Shown one piece after another: positions 25,861-39,304 of a stretch of DNA of 64,000 nucleotides. The stretch lies in NCBI GenBank assembly GCA_964016885.1, contig OZ024741.1, forward strand, positions 348,068,001 through 348,132,000, given 5' to 3'. The stretch comes from Eledone cirrhosa. Taxonomy: Eukaryota. A program made the translations under genes and the position numbers. Numbering within the stretch: position 1 is the stretch's first letter; each line of letters starts with the position of its first letter. The notes under the pieces are model-generated. The model saw only the letters and a program-made list of their open reading frames with translations. It was not told where the DNA came from and did not search any database.

Positions 25861-26600
25861 CTATAAAAATATCATATCAATATTACTGGGTTTAAGAAAA
25901 GAAGTAGACGTTTACTGAGGTATGTAGTGAAATAACTACAAGTTTTTTCCTTTTCTTTAGAAATTATTTTAGAATTATTCATCATATATATAAGGTGAAA
26001 CATTTGTTCTCAGTAATGTGAACTATATATATATAGTTCACCTTACTGAGAACCAGTAATATTGATATGATATATATATATATATATATATCAACGCTAT
26101 TTACCACTGGCTTGGTCCGGATTGTTAAAGGATGATGCAATAAGTTAATTATAACACTCACCTGATGCAAATCATGCATCATAGAAGTGGTATCTTACGG
26201 CTGATGCAGAAACGGAGCTAAGTATTCATTTAGATAACAACAGAAGGCCGGACTTGAAAATATACTTTAGAAATTTAATCCCGTGAAAGCGATATACATA
26301 TTTCGATGGACCAGACCTATCATCCGATTATGTGCAAGACGAAAATATTTCACTTGGTGTTATTTGCGGAATTAAATAATAGGCTTACCTGTAACACAAA
26401 TAGAATAGAAAATAGAGAAGCGATTCGATTAGAGGACTGCCTACCAATTCGGTCAATCTGTCCTGTATTTTCTATTCTATATAATCCTGCAAATAAGAGC
26501 TGCTAAAATCATCTAGTCTTGCATCATTATCGGAACATAGACCTTGGCCATCAAAATATGTATACTGTTTTTCCTGTCCGCCCTTCATTTTTTGTTTTAA

Positions 26601-26639
<39 letters not shown>

Positions 26640-26640
<1 letters not shown>

Positions 26641-29600
26641 GTTATACTTGGGGACGGTCATATTTGTGTAATATTGCCAGAATTAATAACAGAACACACT
26701 CACTGTTTCGTTGGTTTTCGCTTCTGTGTCTTTTATATCGGTTAATTTAATTTATTCGGTCCTCAATGTTGCCATTGACTAACCAACAATATTTGTTTCG
26801 ACACACGATTTCATATCAAAAATTCACAAAACTAATTCATCTCCGTTATGGCATTAGCTTGTGCCAAGCTGAAAGGTTATTGAAAGACACTGTTTTCTGT
26901 TATATAAAAATTACAATAACAACAGAACAAATCCGCTTCCTAAAACACTGTGTTTCCTCCAAAATATACACAACAAACATATGAAAACAAGTAAATAATT
27001 TATTATTGAGCAAAACACAATCTGAACGACTAAAACACAAAATAACAGTTAATATGAAAAGAACAACATACACAAAAGTCAACGAACTTTACAGACAGAA
27101 ACGCATTAACGTAAGGAAGTCCGAAATCTCACCATACCAAACGAAAGGGATGACTACATGAGCGTCATCCGACGTGAAACGAAATACGTCCGAAACGAAT
27201 GCAATAGACATTTCAATAAGAAATTAGAATGGATGAATAAGAGAAAATTAGAAGAAAGAAAAATAGTATATTCTCAAAAATACCCAGATGACATCAACAA
27301 TATCCGTATGACTGATGTAAAACTACCGGAAGAATTTACCAATGACCACACAGTAAATATTTATGGGAACACTTTAATCAGTGATCAAAAACAACAAATC
27401 CTACGGTTACCACCAAAATTTGCCATCTACAAAACGATTAACCCTATGGAGTGCAAAACGGAGCTGGAAAAGTGTTTCACAAAAATACGTTGGAATGCAA
27501 AGGTAAACAACAACAACAATAATAACGGTAGTAGTAATATAAACAATAACTCTGGGTATAGAAATAACAGCTATAATAGTAATAGTCATAAGTATAACAA
27601 TAGCAGGAGAGTGAGAAATAGTAATAATGGTAATAATATTAACGATAGACTGAACAACAACAACAACCACAATAATAATAATAATAATAGAAATATTAAC
27701 TGCAGACACAGCAGCAGCGACCACAGTAGTAATAACGGTAACAATACGAATAGCAACAACAACAACCACAGTGGTAATAATAGTAATAGAAATAATACAT
27801 GTAGCAACATTAATGATAGACACAACAAAAACAAGAAACATAATAAAAGTAACAACAACAATACATCTAGCAATCATAACAATAATAATAATGCTAATGA
27901 TAGGAACAACAACAACCACCATAATAACAATAATAGCAACACACACAACTAAGACGATAGATATAATGAGAACCCTTTAGAGAAACTATTCTTCAACCCA
28001 GCTGACAAAACATATAAGATGGGTAATACTATCCTACGAGGTTACCCTTTAATAAAAGAGTTTGCATACCACAACAAATAGATGACGAGACAGAGGCACA
28101 GTTCACCATAGCTAGAAATAAGATTAGACAAATAGTAGACCGGTATACTAAGAGACAGAGCAGACCAGAGGCCCAACAACTTGGGAGGAAACCTGTAGAA
28201 GGCTTGGTTAGCCTCAAGCGGCGCACAAGAGATGGTAAGGTAGTATGTCTACCCACGGATAAGACTAGTAGGATGTCAATAGACAGCATGCCGAACTACA
28301 TCAAGGCTATGCAACCCCACATCACCAAAACGAGCGAAATTGCACAGCAAATACATGAATGGAGAGATAAAATCCTCAACGCTCACATGATGATGTGGAC
28401 CGACATCCTAAAGCCAAGCAGACGCACTGCCAACAACTTCCAGGCGTCTAACAATGGCATGCGACACTTGTATGGGCTCCACAAAGACCACAAGACAGTC
28501 GACGACCCGACAACAGGACCACCAACAAGACCCGTGTGCGGAGCAAATGTAGCTAGCAACTACAGGATCTCCTACTTCCTCTCAATGGTTATACGCCCTA
28601 TAATCAAGATGTCCCAAGATGTATGTGACAGTACAGAGGACCTCCTCAGCAGAATCAGTGAGTGCAACAAAACAAAAACCTATCCAAACTGCATAATAGG
28701 AAGCAAGGATGTGGTATCACTGTACCCATCCATTAACATTGATTTTGCTGTGGAAAAATGTGTGAAGATGATCATTAGAAGTGAGGTGGAGTTCTGCGAC
28801 GTCGACACAGACGAACTGGGCCTCCTACTTAGACTTACCTACGACACTGACTACCTAGACAGCCATGACCTTAGACGTTTCTGCCCCAGTAGACTCATAA
28901 GGGGTAGATCCCCCACCATAACCTCAATGGCTAAAAAGACTCCCATGGGAAGGTAGATTGCGTGGACCAAAGCTATACGGACCCCCCAAAACAATGATCA
29001 GGTAAGAAAAATGATCGCACATGCAATAGGAGCTAGTATCAAAACTACCCTAAAAGGCCACATATTCAAGTTCAACGAGAAGATCTACACCCAAAATGAG
29101 GGAGCAGCCATTGGCGTCAGCAGAGCTGGTAACGTTGCCAAACTTGTTATGGTGTGGTGGGAAAGGAGACTTAAAGATCTCCTTAATGAGAGCTGCATAG
29201 ACCACATCATGTACTCTCGTTACGTAGACGATATCAATATAGTTATAAAAACATCCCCACAAGAGAGCACTAACAAGTTTGATTTAGAACGTAGCACAAT
29301 GGAAAGCATCCAGCAGATAGCTAATTCCATACACCAGAGTATAACTGTAACTATCGACTACCCTTCCAAACACCCTAACAATAGACTACCTGTATTAGAC
29401 ACGGAATTCTGGATTAAAACTATAGACGAGAGAGAGCCCAAATTCTCCACTCACACTATGCTAAACCCATGGCTTCCAAATACCTGATACTCGAAAACTC
29501 AGCAATATCCAGTAGTACTAAGTTTAATATACTGATCGCAGACTTGGTACGAGTGATGAAGAACGTGTCCCGCATGTGCGACCCAACAGAAATGGAAAGA

Positions 29601-30900
29601 CACATCCAACACTTCATCAGCTGCATGCAGTTCTCTGGCTACAACCCAAGATACAGAGTCAGAGTATACGAAGCAGCCACGCAGAAGTATAAGACCCTCA
29701 TAGAACTGGACATGAAAGGAATTTGCCCATTATACAGGAGCAAATCATGGAATAGCTTAGATAGGGCTAGACATAAGATAGGGAGAGCCACCTCAAGGTA
29801 CGACAACCAGAGATACCAGAATATCATGTTTGTGGACGCTACACCTGGAGGGAAATTAGCTAACCAGTGTAGAAAGATCCACTTAAAGTTTAAGGTGGTA
29901 GAAAAGCCAGGAACCACCATAAAATCCCTCATCAGCAAAACCTACCCTTTTCAGAAAATCCACTGTACTAATAGGAAATGTAAGGTAAACCCCCGGATAA
30001 ACAGTAAAACTAGAAACGTAGTCTATATCATAAGATGTACAGAGGGTACTTGCAGAAACATGACAACAACATACATAGGCGAGACAGCTCGTAGCATAGG
30101 TGAAAGGATAGACCAACACTCGGGGGAACTAAAAGGACGAAAAAACGGTTCAGTACTATACGAACATGCCAGACAACAACACGACGGTAACATAGACAAC
30201 ATAGAAATTAGAATAATATCTAAACATAGAAATGACCCAGCAGATAGTCAAATCAGAGAGGCCAGTGAAATAGAACTTAGAAGGCCAAGGCTAAACAGAA
30301 AAAATGAATGGATTAACAACACCCAAACAAACAACACTAACCTAAGAGAAGTATATATAGATAAATAAATAAATAGATAAATAAATAAATACATACACAA
30401 GCACAATAACCAGAAACACATATAAACACACACTAGTAAAGATAGAATACATTAACCAATACACAGTCACCCAATCACGAACACACATCAAACAAAAAAC
30501 TATACACACACGCAAACGCATGCGCAAAGACAAAAAATAAACAAATAAATAAATATATAAACAGACTAAATAAAGATGGCGTAGAAAATACAATGCAACG
30601 GGAGGAAACAATAGCACCACTGACGATGTTGAAGATGTTTAACGAAGTAACTTTGATAAACTATATATATGTGATTGTGTCTATATTGTATCTGTATTTT
30701 TGACCGTTGGTCAGCCAATGGCAACATTGAGGACCGAAAAAATTTAATTAACCGATATAAAAGACACAGAAGCGAAAACCAACCAAATAGTGAGTGTGTT
30801 CTGTTATTAATTCTGTCAATTATACACAAATATGACCCTCCCCAAGTATAACAATATTTGTTTCGACACACGATTTCATATCAAAAACCTCGCAAAACTA
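26640..30900 (+). mobile_element. Near full-length Penelope-like element (RT + C-terminal GIY-YIG; Neptune/Nematis-like) with partly inverted 5' pLTR
   Basis: N-terminal FLKHC, PTDKT, LYGLHKDHK, GPPTRPVC, DVVSLYPSI, RYVDDI, LPVLD, CTNRKC..NVVYIIRC..YIGETARSIGER..H; 26640-26787 is the inverse of 30705-30853 and 26785-26835 is a direct copy of 30850-30900; (TA)n flanks. Confidence 0.92.
26785..30368 (+). pseudogene. PLE ORF (RT-GIY-YIG), frameshifted, with Asn-rich insert at ~27505-27950
   Basis: Fragments 27158-27952, 28204-28956, 29011-29487 and 29469-30368 are collinear. Confidence 0.88.
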
Positions 30901-30927
30901 TATATATATATATATATATATACCCCC

Positions 30928-30998
<71 letters not shown>

Positions 30999-33743
30999 AT
31001 TATAATCGTGTGTGTGTGTGTAGGTTATTTGCGCATATGTGTATGCCTGTTTATATGTGTACATTGTTTCCGCGTGTCCAATTAATGTCATTACTTTTAT
31101 AATTGTATGTCGTTTGTACTCATAATTACGTATAGAAACTATATTTACAAAGAATGCTTTATCAAAGAAATAGATGCTTGAGAAGAGGCTCCACCGATGT
31201 TGTATTTCCGAGACTAGTGCTTGATCGTGCTAAAGATAAGCTCGGTGACGAAATACGTCAGATCCACAAAACCTAAAGCATCTATAAAGTAGATAACATA
31301 GTGAGTTACATTTTATGAAGGGAAACATTCCCTAATTTTTAATATTGCATAACAACCTAAACGATACAACTACCATTAAATATTTGAGGAAGTTGAATAT
31401 CCTAGTGAGTTTGAACACATTTCATTAAGACAAAAATCCAGATGAATATATTTGCTGCTGCAATTACTTGATTGGTTTATTAATATAAGGCAAAATATTA
31501 TTTCAGTGTTCATACATCTCCAAAAATATACCGTACACATTTCGATAAACAGTATTTCACACGTGTCTGTTCAGTGCGCAAAACAGTCGTCAAAGAATGG
31601 GGATAATTTTAGTACAAATAATATAAGTTCTATGTCTTAGTGCCAGTATTAATGTTTCATGTATCTTTATATTTCAGATAGTTGAATATCAATTCTCTTC
31701 TCCATAATAATCTACTTCTCTGTTCTTTACCTGAAAACTTAGCTTTCTAAATATTCAATATGTTGCATGGTCTCTGTATTAGTAAGTTTAACTCCGTATG
31801 AACAGATACTATTAGGTATAGAAATGTCAAAGTTTTACTTGTATTGGCTTGGAGAAATATCATTGTACAGAGTAAGAGAGGCATGTTAATGCACTTTAGA
31901 AAAGCAAATTACACATTAAATTAGTGATTATATGGCAGCCAACTTTGCCAAGTACATGAGCATTTTCATGTGTAGTAAAGCGGTCGAACTGACAATTTTT
32001 GAAGGCTGCGTATTTACCAAGATATCTAAAAATGAGCAATATGATTATAAATGTAGGAAGATAATATGTTTGTGTTGTTATCATCATTTTCATGTGTCAT
32101 TTTAAAGTATATGTAAATATCTATTTATATAAGTATCTTATGTGGCTCAATTGTGTATGAATATCTATAAGACATGTCACGTTTCATATCAGATAGAAAT
32201 CAATCTACGGAAATATATGAACGGTTTTATCAATTATAATCCATCATGATGAGTCAATCTGGAAATAATATGCATTGAGGGAAATTGCATTCGATAAATA
32301 CAATATAGAATGTGCTCTTCAAACTACTCTCATGTACCTATTTGTGTAAGGATTTCGTCATTGTGCACAGTACAGTATTGACTAAAAGTTGTAGAAAATC
32401 CTACCAGTCCATAGATTCTATTAAATCCATGTCGCACTTGTTGGTTTTCCTGGGTGAATTATTTAAAACATATGCTACACTTCGTGGTTTGATATATTTG
32501 TAGGTGGCGTTACTCAATTCTTAAGATTTTTGTTTTCCAGTGAAACCCGTTTTAAAATACTTGCAAAATAATTCCAAGATATCAATGATCCAATGGGTGT
32601 TAATTGCAAGCATCTTTGCAATACAATACTACATTACCCACTGCATCATGTCAACGTATTTTGAATATTTTATGGTTTTCCTTCTTTTCATCATCTTTCA
32701 TTGTTCATGCTGTGACCTTGAATCATAGGTTATAGCCAATTACGATATCTTCAGTAAATATTGTATTGACAGGTATTGATTTACATGTACTTGGAATGGT
32801 AAAGTTCAATATACGGTATTGGAACTGATAATGCGAATAAACTGGAACAAATGCTATATCTTCAGTAGATATAATTATATGTCTTTATATTTATTCTAGA
32901 AAAAAAAAAAAGATTACAAATGGCAATTTGTCAGGCGCTCTACACACCCGAACATCTAAATGCCATATCTTTTAATGAATTGTATTTTCTGAATTATGCA
33001 TCAAAATGTATGTTTGATTCGTCGAAATAAGTTGCAAATAACGAAATGCTAATTATAATTATTTCATTGCAAAGTATGTATAGTAAATACATTTATCTAT
33101 TGTGCTTCATACAGATGAAGCATAACTGTTAATCATTTCATTGATATATTTAATCTCATTCGCATACAAGTTTACTTAGTAATTTAGGCTTCCAAGGGAG
33201 AACCTAAGCTATACTGGGATAAGGTTATGCAAGCGCGTCTGTATTGGTTGTCTTACCTACGTACCATTTGCAATAATATACGTCTGCCTTAATATCAATA
33301 TATTTTACAAAGTACAGCTTTCCTATACATTATGTTGATGATCTCTGCATTAAGTATATATAAATATATTTGTAGTAAAGGATAATACCATCGAACACGA
33401 GACATCTGCCTTATTCTCTATTATTAAGCAAAAACAGAAGCACATGGGTTGCAATGCAAATAGTATTTAAATATGAAACCACGTTTCACCTAATCGAGGA
33501 GTTACCTTTAGTGTATGCGTAGCATTGATAAATGCAATTCTTAATGATTCAGCTAAGTGAAAATATGTGTTGTAATGTCAGCAAACGTGACACAAGACAG
33601 ATCAAAACTTTTTTTCGGGTTGATTTGTCGTTTGTTAGGATAGTGCTATGTGAATAAGTGTTGCTTATTAGTGTAACAACCAGAGTGTTTCACGATGATT
33701 TTAATGCAGCGGACTTCCTCACACATAAGCATAACTGTACAAA

Positions 33744-33788
<45 letters not shown>

Positions 33789-33952
33789 GGATATATGACA
33801 GGGATGAACACCGATATAACTATACATGTGTTCCAATTGCAAATGACCAAGCTAGCTAGGTTGAAAAATACTAATTTAAAACAATATGGTTTGCCTTATT
33901 TCACATAATAAATCAATAAAAATAACACACTTATATCGGGCAAATAACCTAT

Positions 33953-34023
33953 GATACCCGGAAATCTGTTTCGCAAGAATTATTAATTGAAAGCTAGAAT
34001 TCCTCTGCTCTTCTGTGGGTATC
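33953..34023 (-). ncRNA. Hammerhead-like motif, CAGAAGA core, shortened stem III
   Basis: GATACCCA-CAGAAGA-GCAGAGGAATT..AATTCTTGC-GAAA-CAGATT-TC-CGGGTATC. Confidence 0.6.
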
Positions 34024-34375
34024 CAGAAAAATTCGTACCTTTCACTTCAAAGGATCTAGGAATACTAAACAATGCGCGGGTATAAACGCACATGTTACAC
34101 CGCCTAACGGGTCCCATACTCATGCCGCTAAAAATAGCAGCTGGGTTTATGAGACTAAAGTTAGCTCTACATACATACGGAGCCGAGAATATCATAGATT
34201 GAGTTAAAAACTCAAAATCGTCTTTTACAATTAAATAGCTCAAAGAAGGGAATATTTCCGATCCGTGTAATATAATTGAGTATATGAGAGGGATGAACAC
34301 AGATGTAACTATACATGTGTTCCAATTGCAAATGTCTTCTTAGATCCTTTGAAGTGCAAGGTAAGAATGTTTCTG

Positions 34376-34453
34376 GATACCCATAGAAGAGCACAGGAAA
34401 TTTAGCTTTCACTTAATAATCTTGTGAAACAGATTTAAATCTGTCCGGGTATC
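34376..34453 (+). ncRNA. Hammerhead-like motif, TAGAAGA core, palindromic stem III
   Basis: GATACCCA-TAGAAGA-GCACAGGA..TCTTGT-GAAA-CAGATTTAAATCTG-TC-CGGGTATC. Confidence 0.65.
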
Positions 34454-34875
34454 ATAAGCTATTTGCCCGATATAGGGTTGTTATTTTTATTGATTTATTA
34501 TGTTAAATCGAGTCAGGCAAACCATATTGTTTTAAATTAGTATTTTTCAACCTAGCTAATTTGGTCATTTGCAATTGCAACACATGTATACTTATATCTG
34601 TGTTCATCCCTCTCATATATCCAATTATATTACACGGCTCGGAAAGATTCCCTTCTTTGAGCTATTTAATTGTAAAATACTATTTTGAGTTTTAACTCAA
34701 TCTATGATATTTTCGGCTCCATATGTATGTAGAGCTAACTTTAGTCTCATAAACCCAGTTGCTATTTTTAGCGCCATGAGTATGGGACGCGTTAGGCACT
34801 GTAACATGTGCGTTTATACTTGCGCATTGTTCAGTCTTCTTAGATCCTTTGAAGTGAAAGGTACGAATTTTCCTG

Positions 34876-34953
34876 GATACCCGCAGAAGAGCAGAGGAAT
34901 TCTAGCTTTCACTTAATCATTCTGGTGAAACAGATTTATGGCTTTCCGGGTAT
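34876..34953 (+). ncRNA. Hammerhead-like motif, CAGAAGA core
   Basis: ATACCCG-CAGAAGA-GCAGAGGA..TCTGGT-GAAA-CAGA..-TC-CGGGTAT; stem III decayed. Confidence 0.6.
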
Positions 34954-35257
34954 AATAGGCTATTTGCCCCATATAGGTTTGTTATTTTTATTGATTTATT
35001 ATGTTAAATCGAGTCAGGCAAACCATAATATTTTAAACTAGTATTTTGCAACCTAGCTAACTTGGTCATTTGAAATTGGAACACATGTATAGTTACATCT
35101 GTGTTCATCCCTGTCATATATCCAATTATATTACACGGCTCGGAAAGATTCCCTTCTTTGAGCTATTTAATTGTAAAAGACTATTTTGAGTTTTTAACTC
35201 AATCTATGATATATATATATATATATATCATAGATTGAGTTAAAAACTCAAAATAGT

Positions 35258-35324
<67 letters not shown>

Positions 35325-35326
<2 letters not shown>

Positions 35327-36792
35327 TTAGTTAAGCAAAACAAGACCACAAACTTCACAAGCAAGACATTATTAAAAGATTGTCAACATATTTTAGTTTG
35401 ATGTAAGGAATGTAGAGAATAATAATTATAATAATATTAATAATAATAATGTCAATTTACAATTGTTTCGCTACTCCATATGATATTTCTGGATCAGATT
35501 ACTATATATCATAATTGATCTGGTTCAGTTGAAAATAATTAACATATTTAAAAGACAGAGCGGCTCATCGGAACTTCAAAGAAATATAAATTAAAATAAT
35601 GAGAGAATGTTACATAATATAATGTTCCATATATTGGTTTTCACTATGGTGTCTTGGTTGCATCAGTTGTCAGTCATAATCAAGCAGTATTCATCTGTCG
35701 AGGCTGCATTGTGTGAGATCTGCCTATGGGTAACAAGATGGCTGCCAAAGGACATATTTACATTACTAATTAGAGGGTCGTTTCAGGGGAAGTAACTCCT
35801 CGAGAGATTAGAAATTGTGGGTATTTATACTTAAGTACTCATTTTAAATGTTTTTTTAATTGAGAGACAATGTAGGGGAGGTAACTTATAATTATCTAAG
35901 TTGTTCATAGCTATTTAACTCAGTAGCTACAAGTAAAAATGGGGCTAGATAACTAAGTTGGGTCAAATATTCTATTGGCGAAGGAATTAGCCCTTCGATG
36001 TTGACAGCTGATAGTTACCTACGTTCTATCGTTAATCGGCAGAGGTCGTGATAGAGTTATGTAATATGGTTCTGTAATACAGAGATCACAAGATTTTCTT
36101 CGTCCATTGAACGGTTGGGCTCTAGCCACGATATCCCATTTTAGTGAGTGTTGAACGTTGTTTAATTTAAGGTTTTTAATGAGCCTAACTAGCGATGTTG
36201 AACATCTGTTGATAGGGTCTCGGAAGGAAAAAGAGTGCGCGTAATAGCGTACCTTAAAAGGGTTAGAGGTAGAAGCGATATAAGAGCTAGTATACCCACA
36301 ATTTCTAATCTCTCGAAGAGTTACTTCCCCTGAAACCACCCTCTAATTAGTAAGGTAAATATGTCCTTTGGCAGCCATCTTGTTACCCATAGGCAGATCT
36401 CACACAATCCAGCCTTGACAGATGAATACTGCTTGATTATGGCTGACAACTGATGCAACCAAGACACCATAGTGAAAATCAATATATGGAACATTATATT
36501 ATGTAACATTCTCTCATTATTTTATTTATATTTCTTTGAAGTTCCGATGAGCCGCTCTGTCTTTTAAATATGTTAATTATTTTGAACTGAACCAGATCAT
36601 TTATGATATATAGTCATCTGATCCAGAAATATTATATGGAGTAGCGAAACAATTGTAAACGGACATTATTATTATTAATATTATTATTACAATTATTCTC
36701 TACCCTCCTTACATCAAACTAAAATATGTTGACAATCTTTTAATAATGTCTTCCTTCTGAAATGTGTGGTCTTGCTTTGCTTAACTAATGAA
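35325..36792 (-). mobile_element. 5'-truncated Naiad-like PLE with ~500-bp inverted pLTR arms (35325-35823 / 36292-36792)
   Basis: Central GIY-YIG fragment 36019-36295 (YIAST..FKVRYYAH.FSF..LKWDIV..CDLCITE..INDR..CQHR); HHR with long stem II in each arm (35455-35574 -, 36541-36660 +). Confidence 0.85.
36541..36660 (+). ncRNA. Hammerhead-like motif, CCGATGA core, ~95-nt stem II domain
   Basis: GTT-CCGATGA-GCCGCTCTGT..ATGGAGTAGC-GAAA-CAATTG-TA-AAC; mirrored at 35455-35574. Confidence 0.6.
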
Positions 36793-37187
36793 TATTTCCA
36801 GCTCTGTGCACTTAACTTCTGCATGAACCCAGCCACCTAGGTGCTTTCTACTGCATATTGCACATTGACCACATGCCTTTACGCTTTGGCGTCTAACTAA
36901 TTCACCAATCTCTCCTCTCATATCTCCATGTCTCTCTTTAAGATTGGTTACTCTTGAACTGTTTATATATATATATATGTGTATTTTGTACATGTGTGAA
37001 CATTTTGTGATGGGGGGATTGAATGTATGTGCGTGTATGTCTGTGTACGTTGTCCAACACTCTTGGATATATAATTGCGTGCTCACATGCTTGTTTATGT
37101 ATATTTTATTATTCATTCATATACATATATAATTTTAAATTACTCTGATTTGAATTTATTTGCCTAATCACATATACGCACATGTGT

Positions 37188-37375
37188 AGGCGCATGGCTT
37201 AGTGATTAGAGCATTGGGCTTGCAATCGAAAAGTTGTGAGTTCAATTGCCAGACCGGGAGATGTGTTGTTTCCTTGAGCAAGACACTTTATTTCACGTTG
37301 CTCCAGTTTACTCAGCTGTAGAAATGAGTTCCGGCCTGCCCGCCCAGCCAGTGGGATGACGCAATATTATGGCTA
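37188..37375 (+). mobile_element. tRNA-derived SINE family 2
   Basis: tggcttagtgattaga..gagttcaattgcc..tccttgagcaagacactttatttcacgttgctccag. Confidence 0.8.
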
Positions 37376-37704
37376 AAACAGCACGACGTGCTGTGGCTAG
37401 CGGCGCCGATCGACGCCCGAAAGACTTGTCGGTCAAGGTGATCAAGCTGATATACACACATATACACACACAGACACGCGCGCTCAGATTCGTATGCAAT
37501 ATATATACATACGTATGTTCTATATATTTATGTATTTATGTATATGTGTCTCTGCATTTATATATATATATATATAAAGCCATCAATTATGAAATTTGTA
37601 GAAAAAATCTGTTTACCATATGCCTCACTACAAATTTCATACTAGATGATCCAGTATATAGGTGTGTGTGTGTGTGCGTGTTTGTGCGCTCAAGTGTGTT
37701 TCTG

Positions 37705-37741
<37 letters not shown>

Positions 37742-38277
37742 ATGCGTGAGAGTGTGTGTGGCGGGGGGGGGGGTATATAATTGTGTCAAAGTGGCAGTTG
37801 CTAAAAAAATAGTAAAGGAAATATAATCGCGTGTTGCCTCGTGGGTATTTGAGGTGTAATAAAATACCATGCTTTCACTTCCACTTTACTTACCGGAAAA
37901 GGTGTACTAGACAGGCAAGAATGTTTCGCTTTCATACATATCAGCAAGCTGTCCAACGAAATTAATATAGCGTAATGATATTTCATGTAGCAGTTCACTT
38001 AATATATTTCCAATTGAGCGTTGTTGTCAGAAGAAAAAGAAATTGTTCCCTGCCTAAGAGAAAGAGAAATGGAATGGAATTCCATCGTAAACAGGTTTAA
38101 TAGGTTATAGGCAAATGACAGCTAAGTTTTATAATTCTTTTCGTATTGAATGCATATCAAGAAAAAAAGCATAGACATGTTATTTTTCTTTGTTACGTTT
38201 ACTTGCAGATCAATAAAATCATACATTTGCGAAGAAATGCAATGCACACTGTTATACATTCATCAACAAAGAGAATG

Positions 38278-38622
<345 letters not shown>

Positions 38623-39015
38623 TGTGTTCAGACATACAAATCGGAAAATGACACATATCTTGGAACTCTATCATCCATAGATTCATGTAACTGCATATTG
38701 CCAGCGGTCCATTTGACAAAAGACGGTGAATAGTGTTTGAGGCTAGGATGCCAAGGGCCTCCGCTGGTTACTTTAGGACCTGGTTATGTATTCGGCAGAT
38801 ACCTCGAGCAAGTAAATGAAAATGTCAACATGAAACGCCTGACAGGCTACCAACTGAATTAATTAATCATTTAGCCCCTTCGCGACACCAGATCCAGTCA
38901 GTGAACAGAAGAAAAAAGACGAATTGACGCCTCACACGAGGCCAATAATATCACGGAACTGATGTCGCTGGTTGATTAATTGTGTGAACAATACACACTC
39001 ATCCTCATGCCGTAA

Positions 39016-39086
<71 letters not shown>

Positions 39087-39304
39087 AAAGGCAGTGTTAT
39101 AACTCATACTGATACCATGTAATTAACAAGCTCAAAGTATTAATACTGAGCATTTTAATAATATATGTTGTAATAAACACAGTAAATCGTGCGTCTAAAT
39201 TTACGAGGGTTGAAATACCACATTTGTTTGTGAAATTTAATCATAAGCAAACGGAATGTACATAAAATAAAATAAAATATATACAGACCGCCTCAATAAC
39301 TACA

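Larger units (their letters stand above)
33783..35262. repeat. 500-bp non-coding unit, ~1.75 tandem copies (+) joined to ~1.1 inverted copy (-), one hammerhead motif per unit; candidate non-LTR retrozyme
   Basis: ttcttagatcc at 34337 and 34837, ggataccc at 34375 and 34875 (period 500); 33783-34334 is the reverse complement; (TA)n on both sides. Confidence 0.85.

Noticed and set aside
26400-26575. Kinase-like words (KNSIH, DDFS, QDRL, IESLL) on the minus strand
   Set aside because: Needs several frameshifts and wrong spacing, and part lies inside the 81-bp hairpin; likely over-reading.
30615-30672. Hammerhead in the 3' pLTR of the large PLE (CTGACGA..GAAG)
   Set aside because: GAAA and stem III are broken; at most a decayed remnant.
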